From NCBI GenBank assembly GCA_017618175.1, contig JAFZUT010000011.1:36656-100655 (forward strand): a stretch of 64,000 nucleotides of DNA, read 5' to 3'. Below, in pieces: positions 1 through 9,485 of this stretch. This stretch comes from Alphaproteobacteria bacterium (lineage in GTDB: Bacteria > Pseudomonadota > Alphaproteobacteria > Rs-D84). Every line of letters starts with the position of its first letter. Position 1 is the first letter of the stretch. The position numbers and the translations under genes are program-made. The notes beneath the pieces are model-generated. The model saw nothing but the letters and a program-made list of their open reading frames with translations, made no database searches and had not been told where the DNA came from.

Positions 1-3000
1 ATTTATGATGGTGGTAATCATCAAAGTAATCGTCAGTTCAAAGGTCGCATTTACGATTTAAAGGTGTACGAAGACGGGGTGTTGGTTCACGATTTTGTTG
101 CTGCCCGCAGAAACCAAGATAGTGTCGTTGGTATGTATGATATTATAACCGACACGTTTTTGACCGGTACTGGCACATTTACCGCTGGGCCTGTCGCTGG
201 TGCTTGTTCGGACGTCGGTGTCGGGTACTATTCCAACGCATCACTTACCGATTATGGTTCGGTCGGTAACCGTATCTTGTGTACGAATGGTGCGGCACAC
301 TCACACTATACCGCGTCTGCCACATCTAATTCATGCCCATATGTGTGTGATGATAATTATGTTATGGAAAATGGCGTATGCGAATTCCAGGACAAATTTA
401 CCGTCACCACAACATCCGATGCAACACAATTACTGTTTGATATATCTGCGAAGGGCACGTTCTATGTCGATTGTGGTACCGATGGCGAATTGACTCAGAC
501 CGACTGGGACGGTGAAAATAGCGCAGTGGGAACCGTCGTTACACGTGTCAATACAACAAGCCGAACTTATTCGTGTGCGTGGCCAAATGCAGGTGTGCAT
601 ACAGTAAAATTTGCCGGTACTGCAACAGCATATGATGCAGAAAATATGAAACCCGCAATAGCTTTTTATAGTTCCAAGGCCACCACCGCTAGTAAAATCG
701 CGTCTATTTCTGGAACACTGGCCACAATATTCCCACAATTAGGCACGGCAAGCGGAAAGTTTCCACGTTTTTACCAGACATTCAGGGGAGCAACCAACCT
801 GACCAGTATTCCGTCAGGGTTGTTCACGGGCTTGAACCCCGGCGCAAATGCAACAAATATGTTTTATCAAACATTTTATGGTTGTTCGGGATTAAACACG
901 ATACCAGATGGATTATTCGCCAGTGTAACAACCAGTGCAACCGAAATGTTCCGCGAAACATTCAGTAATTGTACATCATTAACGGCAATTCCGGGTGATT
1001 TGTTTAGCAATGTAACTACTGCGGCCTCGGGGCTGTTTAGGGAAACATTCAAGGGGGCAACGAACCTGTCAAGTTATATTCCGACAACAACATTCGCGGG
1101 TCTGATTGCGAATAATTCGCCGACCGCAACTGACATGTGGACTGACACGTTTGCAAGCACACACGTCGCCACATCCTGTCCAACGGGCATGGATGAATAC
1201 CCATCTGGCTATGAATCCGCGTGGAGCCCACGCGTATCGTGTTATGTCGCATGTCCCGACGAGCCACCTGCAAACAGTGAATGGTTCGTTATCAATGATG
1301 CATGCGAATGGTTATGCGATGCAATGTATTACAGTGCAGACAACACATCTTGTACCGCAGTGGGGGATGGTTATTATTCTGCGGATGCGGACAATACACG
1401 CACAGCGTGCACCAATAAGCCGGCGAACAGCCACTATACTGGTTCGGCGACAACCAACGATTGCCCGTGGCAATGTGATACGGGGTATGGTATCGATAAT
1501 GGATCTTGTCGCGCATGCACTGCGGGCGAATTCTGGGCCAACGGTAGTTGCGAAACCGCAAAATTTACTATCACAACCACAAACAGTACAAGCCAATTTA
1601 AGTTTTTCATGTGGGAACCGACTGGAACATTCTATGTCGATTGGGGCGATGGCACCGTTGATACAATTACGCGAACCAGTTCCACTGGGAACACATATTC
1701 CCACACATATGCAACGGCCGGTTCATATACAATTCGCTTTGGTGGTGTTGCGACTGGATATGACGGAAACTCGGCACATACCACAATAAGTTTTTATGCA
1801 CAAACCGGCGGGACCCAGGATAAAATCGCATCTGTTTCGGGATCACTGGTTGCGTTGTTCCCGACCCCCAGCAACAGTGCTTTGCCGTACTTCCGCGAAA
1901 CGTTCAAGGGGGCAACAAATCTGCACTCGGTTCCCAATACATTGTTCAGCGGTCTAACCCGGACTCAGGGTCACATGTTTTATCGTACATTTGATGGTTC
2001 GGGCCTGACCGCGATTCCGTCGGATTTGTTCAGTGATGTTGGTTCATTGGGTATTGGTATGTTCGAATATACCTTTGCTAACTGCACTTCATTGAGCGCG
2101 ATTCCCAGTGGATTGTTTGATGATATGACGGCCAGTGGGGTGGCGGGCAATATGTTTGAGGGGACATTTGCGGGTTGCACATCGCTTGCCACGATACCGT
2201 CGGACTTGTTCGAAGATGTTATTAGTAATGCGGCCAATGGAACCGATAAAACAGGTTGGTTCAAGGACACATTTAACGGCTGTACGGGGCTTGCCGCGAT
2301 ACCGGATGGATTGTTTAGTGGTATAACCACTGGGGCCGAGAGTTTGTTTTCTGGTACATTTTATGGTTGTACGAATTTGTCGGGCTATATACCCCCAAGC
2401 ACATTTGCAGGTCTGATTTCGAACAACAGTCCAACTGATACAGATATGTGGGAAAATACGTTTGTTGGAACAAATTTGGCGACATTGTGTCCATCTGGAA
2501 CGACCCAGTATATCACGGGCTATGAAGGTTCAACAAACGGAACGACCTGGAACGGCAAGGTTTCGTGTGAACCGTGTGCGGCGGGAACGTATAAAGCATC
2601 GGCAGGTAATATGGCGTGCACCGCGTGCGAAAGTGGAACCTATGCTACTGGTGGTGCGGCGTTTTGCGCGGAATGTACCAATACTAAACCAGCAAATAGT
2701 TTATATACCGGTTCTGCGACGTCAAACAATTGTCCGTGGTCATGCGATGCAGGCTATTACAGCACGGACAACGCGTCATGCACCGCGGTTGGTGCCGGTT
2801 TCTATTCCGCCGCCGGGAACAATACGCGCACTGCATGCCCCGCCGGATTGACCACCGTGGGTTATGGTCATGGCGCGGATGAAGTGGCCGACTGTGGTCG
2901 TCAATTGCATTTTGGAGATTATGTTGTGTATACCAAAACAACCAAAGATACAACCCCATCCATCAATTTACAGATGAACGGAAATGAACGATATTATATA

Positions 3001-3129
3001 GGCCTTAGTCCCACAGACCACACTTTATCAAAATTGCATCTTAAGTATAACGGCCAAGAATATACTGCATATGATGATGGGTTGGCGTACGGTGAACGAA
3101 ACCCAACAACCGACGAACGAATACAGTAA
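1..3129 (+). CDS. large secreted/surface repeat protein, 5'-truncated by the window edge (tail-fibre-like module, then two copies of Cys-rich repeats + beta-sandwich-like module + BspA-type LRR block)
   Basis: Frame 1 is open from nt 1 (IYDGGNHQSNRQFKGRIYDLK...) into listed ORF 64..3129. It has repeated F-x-x-C-x-x-L-x-x-IP-x-x-LF units (FYGCSGLNTIPDGLF, FSNCTSLTAIPGDLF, FANCTSLSAIPSGLF, FAGCTSLATIPSDLF). It also has repeated Cys motifs (C.AVG.GYYS, CPW.CD.GY). The two halves are internally homologous. Confidence 0.6.
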   Translation: MYDGGNHQSNRQFKGRIYDLKVYEDGVLVHDFVAARRNQDSVVGMYDIITDTFLTGTGTFTAGPVAGACSDVGVGYYSNASLTDYGSVGNRILCTNGAAHSHYTASATSNSCPYVCDDNYVMENGVCEFQDKFTVTTTSDATQLLFDISAKGTFYVDCGTDGELTQTDWDGENSAVGTVVTRVNTTSRTYSCAWPNAGVHTVKFAGTATAYDAENMKPAIAFYSSKATTASKIASISGTLATIFPQLGTASGKFPRFYQTFRGATNLTSIPSGLFTGLNPGANATNMFYQTFYGCSGLNTIPDGLFASVTTSATEMFRETFSNCTSLTAIPGDLFSNVTTAASGLFRETFKGATNLSSYIPTTTFAGLIANNSPTATDMWTDTFASTHVATSCPTGMDEYPSGYESAWSPRVSCYVACPDEPPANSEWFVINDACEWLCDAMYYSADNTSCTAVGDGYYSADADNTRTACTNKPANSHYTGSATTNDCPWQCDTGYGIDNGSCRACTAGEFWANGSCETAKFTITTTNSTSQFKFFMWEPTGTFYVDWGDGTVDTITRTSSTGNTYSHTYATAGSYTIRFGGVATGYDGNSAHTTISFYAQTGGTQDKIASVSGSLVALFPTPSNSALPYFRETFKGATNLHSVPNTLFSGLTRTQGHMFYRTFDGSGLTAIPSDLFSDVGSLGIGMFEYTFANCTSLSAIPSGLFDDMTASGVAGNMFEGTFAGCTSLATIPSDLFEDVISNAANGTDKTGWFKDTFNGCTGLAAIPDGLFSGITTGAESLFSGTFYGCTNLSGYIPPSTFAGLISNNSPTDTDMWENTFVGTNLATLCPSGTTQYITGYEGSTNGTTWNGKVSCEPCAAGTYKASAGNMACTACESGTYATGGAAFCAECTNTKPANSLYTGSATSNNCPWSCDAGYYSTDNASCTAVGAGFYSAAGNNTRTACPAGLTTVGYGHGADEVADCGRQLHFGDYVVYTKTTKDTTPSINLQMNGNERYYIGLSPTDHTLSKLHLKYNGQEYTAYDDGLAYGERNPTTDERIQ

Positions 3130-3137
3130 TAAATTCC

Positions 3138-3167
3138 TTGAAATCTGGGATTTTATTTGCTTATAAT
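3138..3167 (+). promoter_or_regulatory. sigma70-like promoter upstream of guaC
   Basis: TTGAAA (3138-3143), 18-nt spacer, TATAAT (3162-3167); about 20 nt upstream of the guaC RBS. Confidence 0.45.
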
Positions 3168-3187
3168 GCCCTGTAAAAGGGGTTTTT

Positions 3188-4297
3188 ATGACGCAAATAT
3201 TACCGGAAGTTTATTTAGATTATTCTGATATTTTAATTCGACCCAAAATGGGCATAAATCTGAATTCACGTAAAGAAGTAAATTTGCAACGGGCTTTCAA
3301 ATTCAAACACGGTCAAACGCGCACCGGCCTTGGCGTGTTCAATGCTAATATGGCAACGGTTGGCAATTTTGTCGTGGCAAAAAAATTGTTGTCGCGTGGA
3401 ATGTTTGCAACTTTGCATAAACATTACAGTATTTTAGAAATTGGCGTTTTTTTGGATTCGTGCAGGGATGAAAATATTCCACTGGATAATTTGTTTATAA
3501 CCATCGGGTTAAAGAATGCCGATGCGGAAATTCGAAAATTGAAAGATTTGGAATCTAAACATAAATGGACGGCGCCACGTAACATATGTATCGATGCGCC
3601 AAATTTCTATATTCCAAATGCATTGGATGTTTTGGCGCGCGTTCGCGCCGAATTCCCGGACAGCGTGATTATGGCGGGTAATATCGCCAGTGGTGATATA
3701 TGTCTTAAACTTTTGGATTATGCGGACATTATTAAATGCGGCATTGGGTCTGGGTCTGCGTGTTTGACGCGTCGGCAAACGGGTTGCGGAACACCAATGG
3801 TATCATTGATTTTGGAATGTGCGGATATTGCGCATTCTGTGAACGGGCATATTTGTGCAGACGGTGGCATTGTCGATGTTGGTGATATGTGCAAGGCATT
3901 ATGCCTTAATGCAGACTTTGTTATGGCGGGTGGAATGTTTGCCGGCACGGACGAGGCAGAAGGCAACATCATTGAAAAGCATTTTGAAACGAACGAGATT
4001 ATTGACGGCGCGCACGTTATCCAAACAAAATATTTCAAGGCGTATTATGGTATGTCGTCTGAATATGCAAATAATAAATTTGCGGGCGGTATGGCGGACT
4101 ATAAAACATCTGAAGGACGCGAATTATTGATACCATACACCGGTCCAATTGATAAAATATTGCAAGATATCACCGGTGGAATTGCGTCTTGTTGCACATA
4201 TGTTGGCGCGACTTCGGTTAAACATTTATCAAAATGCGCTACAATTATTCAGGTTCACAATCAATTAAATAAAGTATTTGAAAAATATTCTGTGTGA
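3188..4297 (+). CDS. guaC: GMP reductase (IMPDH/GMPR family, no CBS insert)
   Basis: The N-terminus LDYSDILIRPK...FKFKH...ANMATVGNF...LHKHYS and the active-site region GIGSGSACLTRRQTGCGTP...ICADGGI line up with E. coli GuaC as I remember it. RBS AAAAGGGG precedes the ATG. Confidence 0.85.
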   Translation: MTQILPEVYLDYSDILIRPKMGINLNSRKEVNLQRAFKFKHGQTRTGLGVFNANMATVGNFVVAKKLLSRGMFATLHKHYSILEIGVFLDSCRDENIPLDNLFITIGLKNADAEIRKLKDLESKHKWTAPRNICIDAPNFYIPNALDVLARVRAEFPDSVIMAGNIASGDICLKLLDYADIIKCGIGSGSACLTRRQTGCGTPMVSLILECADIAHSVNGHICADGGIVDVGDMCKALCLNADFVMAGGMFAGTDEAEGNIIEKHFETNEIIDGAHVIQTKYFKAYYGMSSEYANNKFAGGMADYKTSEGRELLIPYTGPIDKILQDITGGIASCCTYVGATSVKHLSKCATIIQVHNQLNKVFEKYSV

Positions 4298-4320
4298 TAA
4301 TACAGATACGATATTTATAA

Positions 4321-4349
4321 TTGTCAAATTTGATGTTTTGTGGTAAAAT
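4321..4349 (+). promoter_or_regulatory. sigma70-like promoter
   Basis: TTGTCA (4321-4326), 17-nt spacer, TAAAAT (4344-4349), upstream of CDS 4374. Confidence 0.45.
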
Positions 4350-4373
4350 ACGCCATAGAAATAGGGGCGTATT

Positions 4374-5882
4374 ATGAAACAGGCAAAGAAAACAAAACTT
4401 ACGAAATCTGCATTGGGGGTTGCAACGGCTGCATTGGTCGCAGGCGGTGTTGCAATGCACGGTGGCAAACAAAAGACGCACGCCAAAGAAACCGTGCCGA
4501 ATGAACAAGACGTCACACCCAATCGCAATGAAATACAGAAAAATTTGACATTTGGTGAATACAAAGAAATGTTGGCACCGGTCACGCCTTATATTATGTT
4601 AGAATTGATTTTGAATGAAGGAATAAAACTGGATAAATCCGGAAAATATTGTGTCCCGTATAAAGATTCCCGTGGTGTTTGGACAATTGCGTTTGGCGTC
4701 ACCACAACCAGTGATGGAAAAAAGGTCACAAAAAATACGAAACCGATACCGATTGCGCGTGCGTGGGACGAATCTATACACTTTTTGGAATCGCGCGAGA
4801 CTTATTTTTTAATGTATTGCTATGATGTTGGGTGTGAAAATTTGCATTTAGATAATGCGGCGCGTGCGTGCGCGTTTGCATCCGTGTTCTATAATGCCGG
4901 AACAAAACTTATGGAAGAACCAAGTGATAAAAATCACCGTGAACGCAATGAAACCCTGCGCAATTTATACAAAGAATATGGCGATAATATCACCGCGGAT
5001 ATGGTGCGCGAATGCTTTGCGAAATATCCAATTGTTGCGCCACGTTCATTTGGCGCGCGTGCAATCGCCGGTGCATCGGATAAAGAATTGGCGGATATTC
5101 TTGGAATCTATACGGTTGGTGGGCGTGGTCTGTGGTCGCGGCGTTGGTTAGAAGGGCAAATTTTAATGGGGAACATCACACCCGAAGACTTTTTGAATTT
5201 GCCCGAACAAAGTCTTTATGAATTCTTTCGGTTGATGGGTGAAACACGTGAAGTGTTCTGGATTGGTAAAGACCAAGATACAGAAATAAATATGCAAACG
5301 TTGCTCGCGTTTAAGCAATGGATAAAAAATCCGGTCACGCACGATGGCAAAACAAAGTTTTCCGGGAAAACCATAGGGCAAATGTTGGAAAGTATGAACC
5401 CAACCATATTGGCCCAGTTCAATGGCGGCAAATATGAATTGGGTGATATTAAACAATTTGATAGACACCCGAATGTTAAATCAATGACGGATTCTTTATA
5501 TTTCTTGGCAAATGCGGATTTCTTGGCGGGCGATTATGCCGCCGCCGCGGAAAAGTTTGAAACTTTGGCGGAAAAAAATCCAAACAACGCGCAAATCTTT
5601 AATGATTTGGCCGCGACATATAACAATATGGGTGAACACGAACGCGCATTGGCCGCGGTAAATCATATTATCAAAGAAATCAAAGACAAATCCGCATTTG
5701 CGGCGGCATATTATAATGCCGGTGTTGCGCGCGAATCATTGGGTGAATTTGATAAAGCATTAATAAACTATAATAAAGCAATCGAAAACGGAAATAAATC
5801 GCCACGCGTTCCCGATGCGATTAAACGTGTTGAATTGAATAAAAACCTGGCAAGGCAAAATACAGGTCAAACTCACGTTTAA
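4374..5882 (+). CDS. membrane-anchored GH24 (phage-type) lysozyme-like protein with C-terminal TPR repeats
   Basis: N-terminal hydrophobic anchor (ALGVATAALVAGGVAM). LILNEGIKLD...YKDSRGVWTIAFGVT resembles the T4-lysozyme E...D...T catalytic stretch ([22 protein letters not shown]). The C-terminus has TPR-like repeats (AQIFNDLAATYNNMGEHERALAAVNHII; AAYYNAGVARESLGEFDKALINYNKAIE). Confidence 0.55.
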   Translation: MKQAKKTKLTKSALGVATAALVAGGVAMHGGKQKTHAKETVPNEQDVTPNRNEIQKNLTFGEYKEMLAPVTPYIMLELILNEGIKLDKSGKYCVPYKDSRGVWTIAFGVTTTSDGKKVTKNTKPIPIARAWDESIHFLESRETYFLMYCYDVGCENLHLDNAARACAFASVFYNAGTKLMEEPSDKNHRERNETLRNLYKEYGDNITADMVRECFAKYPIVAPRSFGARAIAGASDKELADILGIYTVGGRGLWSRRWLEGQILMGNITPEDFLNLPEQSLYEFFRLMGETREVFWIGKDQDTEINMQTLLAFKQWIKNPVTHDGKTKFSGKTIGQMLESMNPTILAQFNGGKYELGDIKQFDRHPNVKSMTDSLYFLANADFLAGDYAAAAEKFETLAEKNPNNAQIFNDLAATYNNMGEHERALAAVNHIIKEIKDKSAFAAAYYNAGVARESLGEFDKALINYNKAIENGNKSPRVPDAIKRVELNKNLARQNTGQTHV

Positions 5883-5909
5883 TCAACAAGATACTAATGA
5901 TTTTTGTGT

Positions 5910-5938
5910 TTGCAGCACATTGCATAATATGATAAAAT
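5910..5938 (+). promoter_or_regulatory. sigma70-like promoter upstream of the lipoprotein gene
   Basis: TTGCAG (5910-5915), 17-nt spacer, TAAAAT (5933-5938). Confidence 0.4.
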
Positions 5939-5989
5939 ATGCATCGTAGGTTTTATACAACAAGCAACAAATTAAAATGGAGGAATAAG

Positions 5990-7874
5990 ATGAGAAAACT
6001 AACAATCTTAACATCTATATTGGCATTGGCCGCATGCAGCAGTGGCGGCGGCGGTGGCACCGGCGGTGGATATACACACAGTGCATCCGGCACACCAACG
6101 CCAAGCACGTTCGTCCCTGTCCCCAGTATAAACGAAACAGAAACCGTTAATCCTTCAAATACGGGCGTGACGGGCATGACATCATCAACCGTTACGAACG
6201 AGGCCGAAGTTCGGTCGGCGACGGTTGATTATGTGGCGACCAAAATGCCGGACATTTATACAATCGAAAATTTGAATTCGCTTAATAGTGGTCGTGGCGC
6301 ATCAAATCGTTCGCGTTCGGGTGAACTGACCGATGAACAAAAGTTCTTTATTGCGAATACCAAAATAAACGCGATGAAGACAACATTAACCGAAATGGCG
6401 GATGCAGATGATAGGGGGGGCATATATTGCCGCGCATGAAACGGCGGTGGCCGAGGCTTTGTTGTTGTTTGGTGAAGATATCGATTTAGAAAATATCGAT
6501 CCGGAAACATTGTTGACAGATTTTAATACAATTGTTGATGGAACCACAATTGCGGCGGCGATTAATACATTTGAAAACGAAAACAATATGGTTTATGACC
6601 GCGCAATGTTGGATACTGTTCGTTTCCAAGATGCCGGCGATGCGAACGCATATTTCAAATTTCATCTGACCAATAATGTGATTGATCAGGTTGCAATGTT
6701 TGAAGGCGAAGGACCGAACGATTATGGTTGGTTTACCAAAACCGCCGATCCCGCCGGAAACATATTTGAGAAGACACTTTATTCATACAAGTTTGCAATG
6801 GGGACTTTGCCAACATCGGGCGAATTTACCGAAGAACAACTTGCTGCATTTGCCTGGTTTAATGGGGTGGATGGGAAAGACGATATCGTAAACCTGATAT
6901 TCCGCAGTGATAAGGGGAATACTGGCGATGGTGCTTTGACCAATTTGGAAAAGAAGAACGCAATGAAGACCCAAATAAACAAAGAATTTGATGATTTTAA
7001 AAATGGTCAACATGATAACACACACAATGACGAAATCGAATTGGCGCGCACTCAGTATCTTAAAATGATAGATGATGCGTTCGATGCATTGGGCACCGGT
7101 TGGGAAACGGGCGTAAATAATGTGTTGGGCCAAACAACAAATGATTTACAATTGACGGCAACAATGAATGGGGTCGGTAAAGATTTGGGATTAAAATATT
7201 CTGATTTAGGCTATGCCGATTTGAAAGATGTTCATGAAAAAGCGGATGGCAGTACGAAAGTAGAACATACATATGCGCCATATGCCGGTGGATATACCGA
7301 TCGTATAGTTGATCCGGGTAATAATACCGCAACATATACCGGAACCGCGGTTGTTGGTGTTGATTTAACAACCAAAGATGTAAATGGAGATACAGATCGT
7401 GACGGTATGTTGTTGACCAATACGGGCGCTACATTGCGATATGATGGTTCCACACATAAATCGTTGTTGACTATGAACAACCTGCGTAATGCCGATAACG
7501 AAAAATGGTATAATGTCACAGTAGAGGGCGATTTTAGTGGTTCTGCCGCGGATTCCAATTTGAAATTCACATTCAATGGAACCGGGAAAACAACCGATGA
7601 GGCATTTGATTTCATATCAAACCCAACCGAAGTTGCGTTTGCCGATACAGATTGGCAAGAAACCAATCAAATGTTCAAGCAAATCAATGCGGATGATTCG
7701 ACAATTGATTATCGTGGCAGTGCGGATGCAAATTACTATGGGCCGGTTGATACACCAACCGAGGCCGGTGCCACGTTCCATTTCAGCGAAGAACAACATT
7801 ACGTACCCAGTGGTGAATCCAATGAAGTGCATCACGAAATTGGTATGTATGGTGCGTTTGGGGGTAAAAAATAA
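5990..7874 (+). CDS. TbpB/fHbp-like surface lipoprotein, frameshifted as sequenced at a G7 tract (putatively phase-variable)
   Basis: RBS GGAGG, then a lipobox (MRKLTILTSILALAAC) followed by a Gly-rich linker. The frame breaks at 6414-6420 and continues as ORF 6402..7874; removing one G gives ...ADADDRGAYIAAHETAV.... The C-terminal part has TbpB-like strands (YTGTAVVGVDL, NLKFTFNGTGK, ANYYGPVDTPTEAGATFHF, GMYGAFGGKK at the end). Confidence 0.6.
6414..6420 (+). repeat. homopolymeric G7 tract inside the lipoprotein coding sequence
   Basis: gatgataGGGGGGGcatat. It sits exactly where the two overlapping ORFs (5939..6439 and 6402..7874) change frame. Confidence 0.95.
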
Positions 7875-7895
7875 TATCAATTGTGCAAATAGACT

Positions 7896-7923
7896 AAATC
7901 CGCCGGCATTGTTCGGCGGATTT
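7896..7923 (+). terminator. 10-bp stem-loop between the lipoprotein and Slam-like genes (no clear U-tract)
   Basis: AAATCCGCCG-gcattgtt-CGGCGGATTT. Confidence 0.35.
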
Positions 7924-7933
7924 AAGCAAGGTT

Positions 7934-9301
7934 TTGAATATAGTGAAACGAATAGTTTGTGTTTTTTTATTATGCATTGTGCCGAGTATTCTGGATGCGA
8001 CACCGCGCATTGAACACAAAACCGACAATACAACAGAGATTACAATGTCGGCATTGGATGCGGTCAAAATGGCGGGAAATTTGATTGATAGGGGCGATTT
8101 TGAACATGCATCACAAATATTAACCAAAATGCCGGAAACTAACAATTTACCTGTGGAAATTGAACGGTGGTATTTGATTGCGCAAATCGAGCAACGGCGT
8201 GGCAATATTGATGAAGCAATTAAAATCTATCGCAAATTGTTGGACGAGCAACCCGATTTGGTCAAGATTCGTTATGAATTGGCCCAATGCTATATGTTGC
8301 AAGAAAAATGGTATCGTGCCGATTATCATTTGCGCCTTGCGATGGCGGGTGATGATATTCCAGAACCGGTAAAGCGCAATATGATGTATTATCGTTATCT
8401 TGTGCGCCAAAATAAAAATTGGAATGTATGGTTTAATTTTGGTGCCGCCCCCGATAATAATATAAACCAGGTCGCCGGTGGTGAAGAATGTATCAAAAAC
8501 CAATGGGGTGTGTTTTGTCGTCAATTGCCCGAACCCGTATCCGCGGTTGGGTATAATATGACACTGGGTGGTGATTACGAATTCAAATTTGGCCAACATT
8601 GGCGTTGGAAAAGTGATGCCAATTTATACACCAACACATACAATAAACACGAATATGATGATTTGTATTTTGGTATGTCCACCGGTCCGCGCTATGTGTG
8701 GCAAAACGGCGATATTTGGTTGGCGGGAATCGGTTTGCGGCGACTTTATGGTTGGGATGGGTACAATTGGTCATATGGTGGCAAGGTAGATTTTAATTAC
8801 GATATATCACGCCGTTGGGCAACGGGATTAAACATTAGTTTTACGAATAATGTGTATGATGAATTCGCAGATTATATGAACGGTCAAACATATTCTGCAA
8901 ATCAAAGAATTTCTTATTCGTTTGATGCATCAAAATATTTAATTCTGCGTGGCGGGGTTGCACGTGAAAATGCGGCCAGTGATATATATAAAAATTGGCG
9001 ATATATGGCGTCTTTGGGTTTCGGCGCAGAATTGCCGTGGGGATTTCACGTATATCTGGAACCGTCCATTTCGTGGACAAATTATGATGGGGCGCGTTGG
9101 GCGGTTCAGAAAAATCATTTTACACAAATTACCGAACACGATGTAACGCAAAGATATACGATATCATTGTCAAACAATAAATTCGATATATGGGGATTTG
9201 TGCCGACAATAACATTCGGCTATACGCGGCGCGATTCAAATATTAAAAATCGTGGGTACGACAAAATGGTGGTGGAATTTACTATGCGCCAAAGATTTTA
9301 G
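7934..9301 (+). CDS. Slam-like (DUF560-type) outer-membrane protein: N-terminal TPR region plus C-terminal beta-barrel
   Basis: Signal-like MKRIVCVFLLCIVPSILDA (GTG at 7943 is an alternative start). TPR-like helices follow (RWYLIAQIEQRRGNIDEAIKIYRKLLDEQPDLVKIRYELAQCYMLQEKWYRADYHL). The rest is a Y/W/G/N-rich region of alternating strands ending ...VVEFTMRQRF. It lies directly downstream of a TbpB-like lipoprotein gene. Confidence 0.55.
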   Translation: MNIVKRIVCVFLLCIVPSILDATPRIEHKTDNTTEITMSALDAVKMAGNLIDRGDFEHASQILTKMPETNNLPVEIERWYLIAQIEQRRGNIDEAIKIYRKLLDEQPDLVKIRYELAQCYMLQEKWYRADYHLRLAMAGDDIPEPVKRNMMYYRYLVRQNKNWNVWFNFGAAPDNNINQVAGGEECIKNQWGVFCRQLPEPVSAVGYNMTLGGDYEFKFGQHWRWKSDANLYTNTYNKHEYDDLYFGMSTGPRYVWQNGDIWLAGIGLRRLYGWDGYNWSYGGKVDFNYDISRRWATGLNISFTNNVYDEFADYMNGQTYSANQRISYSFDASKYLILRGGVARENAASDIYKNWRYMASLGFGAELPWGFHVYLEPSISWTNYDGARWAVQKNHFTQITEHDVTQRYTISLSNNKFDIWGFVPTITFGYTRRDSNIKNRGYDKMVVEFTMRQRF

Positions 9302-9465
9302 CGCGATTGTTGTGATATGAATTCCCTGAATTCGATTAGGTAATTTTCCAGTGCAATTTTTTCGTCGGCCAAGACGTTTTGTGTATTTCCACTGGTGGTC
9401 ACATATTGCAACAACCATTTACCATTTTCGCTGTCCCATTTAATTGGATATACTTCCTTGACCAT
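9298..9465 (-). CDS. small hypothetical protein (55 aa, below the ORF-track cutoff)
   Basis: My own translation: ATG at 9465 preceded by GAAAGGAAAAAAGAA, giving MVKEVYPIKWDSENGKWLLQYVTTSGNTQNVLADEKIALENYLIEFREFISQQSR. It sits 20 nt downstream of the HAD-like gene on the same strand. Confidence 0.3.
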   Translation of the reverse strand: MVKEVYPIKWDSENGKWLLQYVTTSGNTQNVLADEKIALENYLIEFREFISQQSR

Positions 9466-9485
9466 TTCTTTTTTCCTTTCCTGTT

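Noticed and set aside
5939-6439. The listed start at 5939 for the lipoprotein ORF, and similarly extended starts for the ORFs listed from 10267, 16605, 26066, 38028, 41318 and 48077 and the minus-strand ORFs listed up to 10211, 14927, 39281 and 43442.
   Set aside because: Internal ATGs with proper RBS spacing give canonical N-termini (signal peptides, or known family starts such as FabI MLLKGKK). The upstream extensions have no RBS and overlap promoters or terminators.
9298-9301. The 4-nt convergent overlap between the Slam-like gene's stop and the small 55-aa ORF, considered as a meaningful feature.
   Set aside because: The small ORF is itself low-confidence, and the overlap is trivial.
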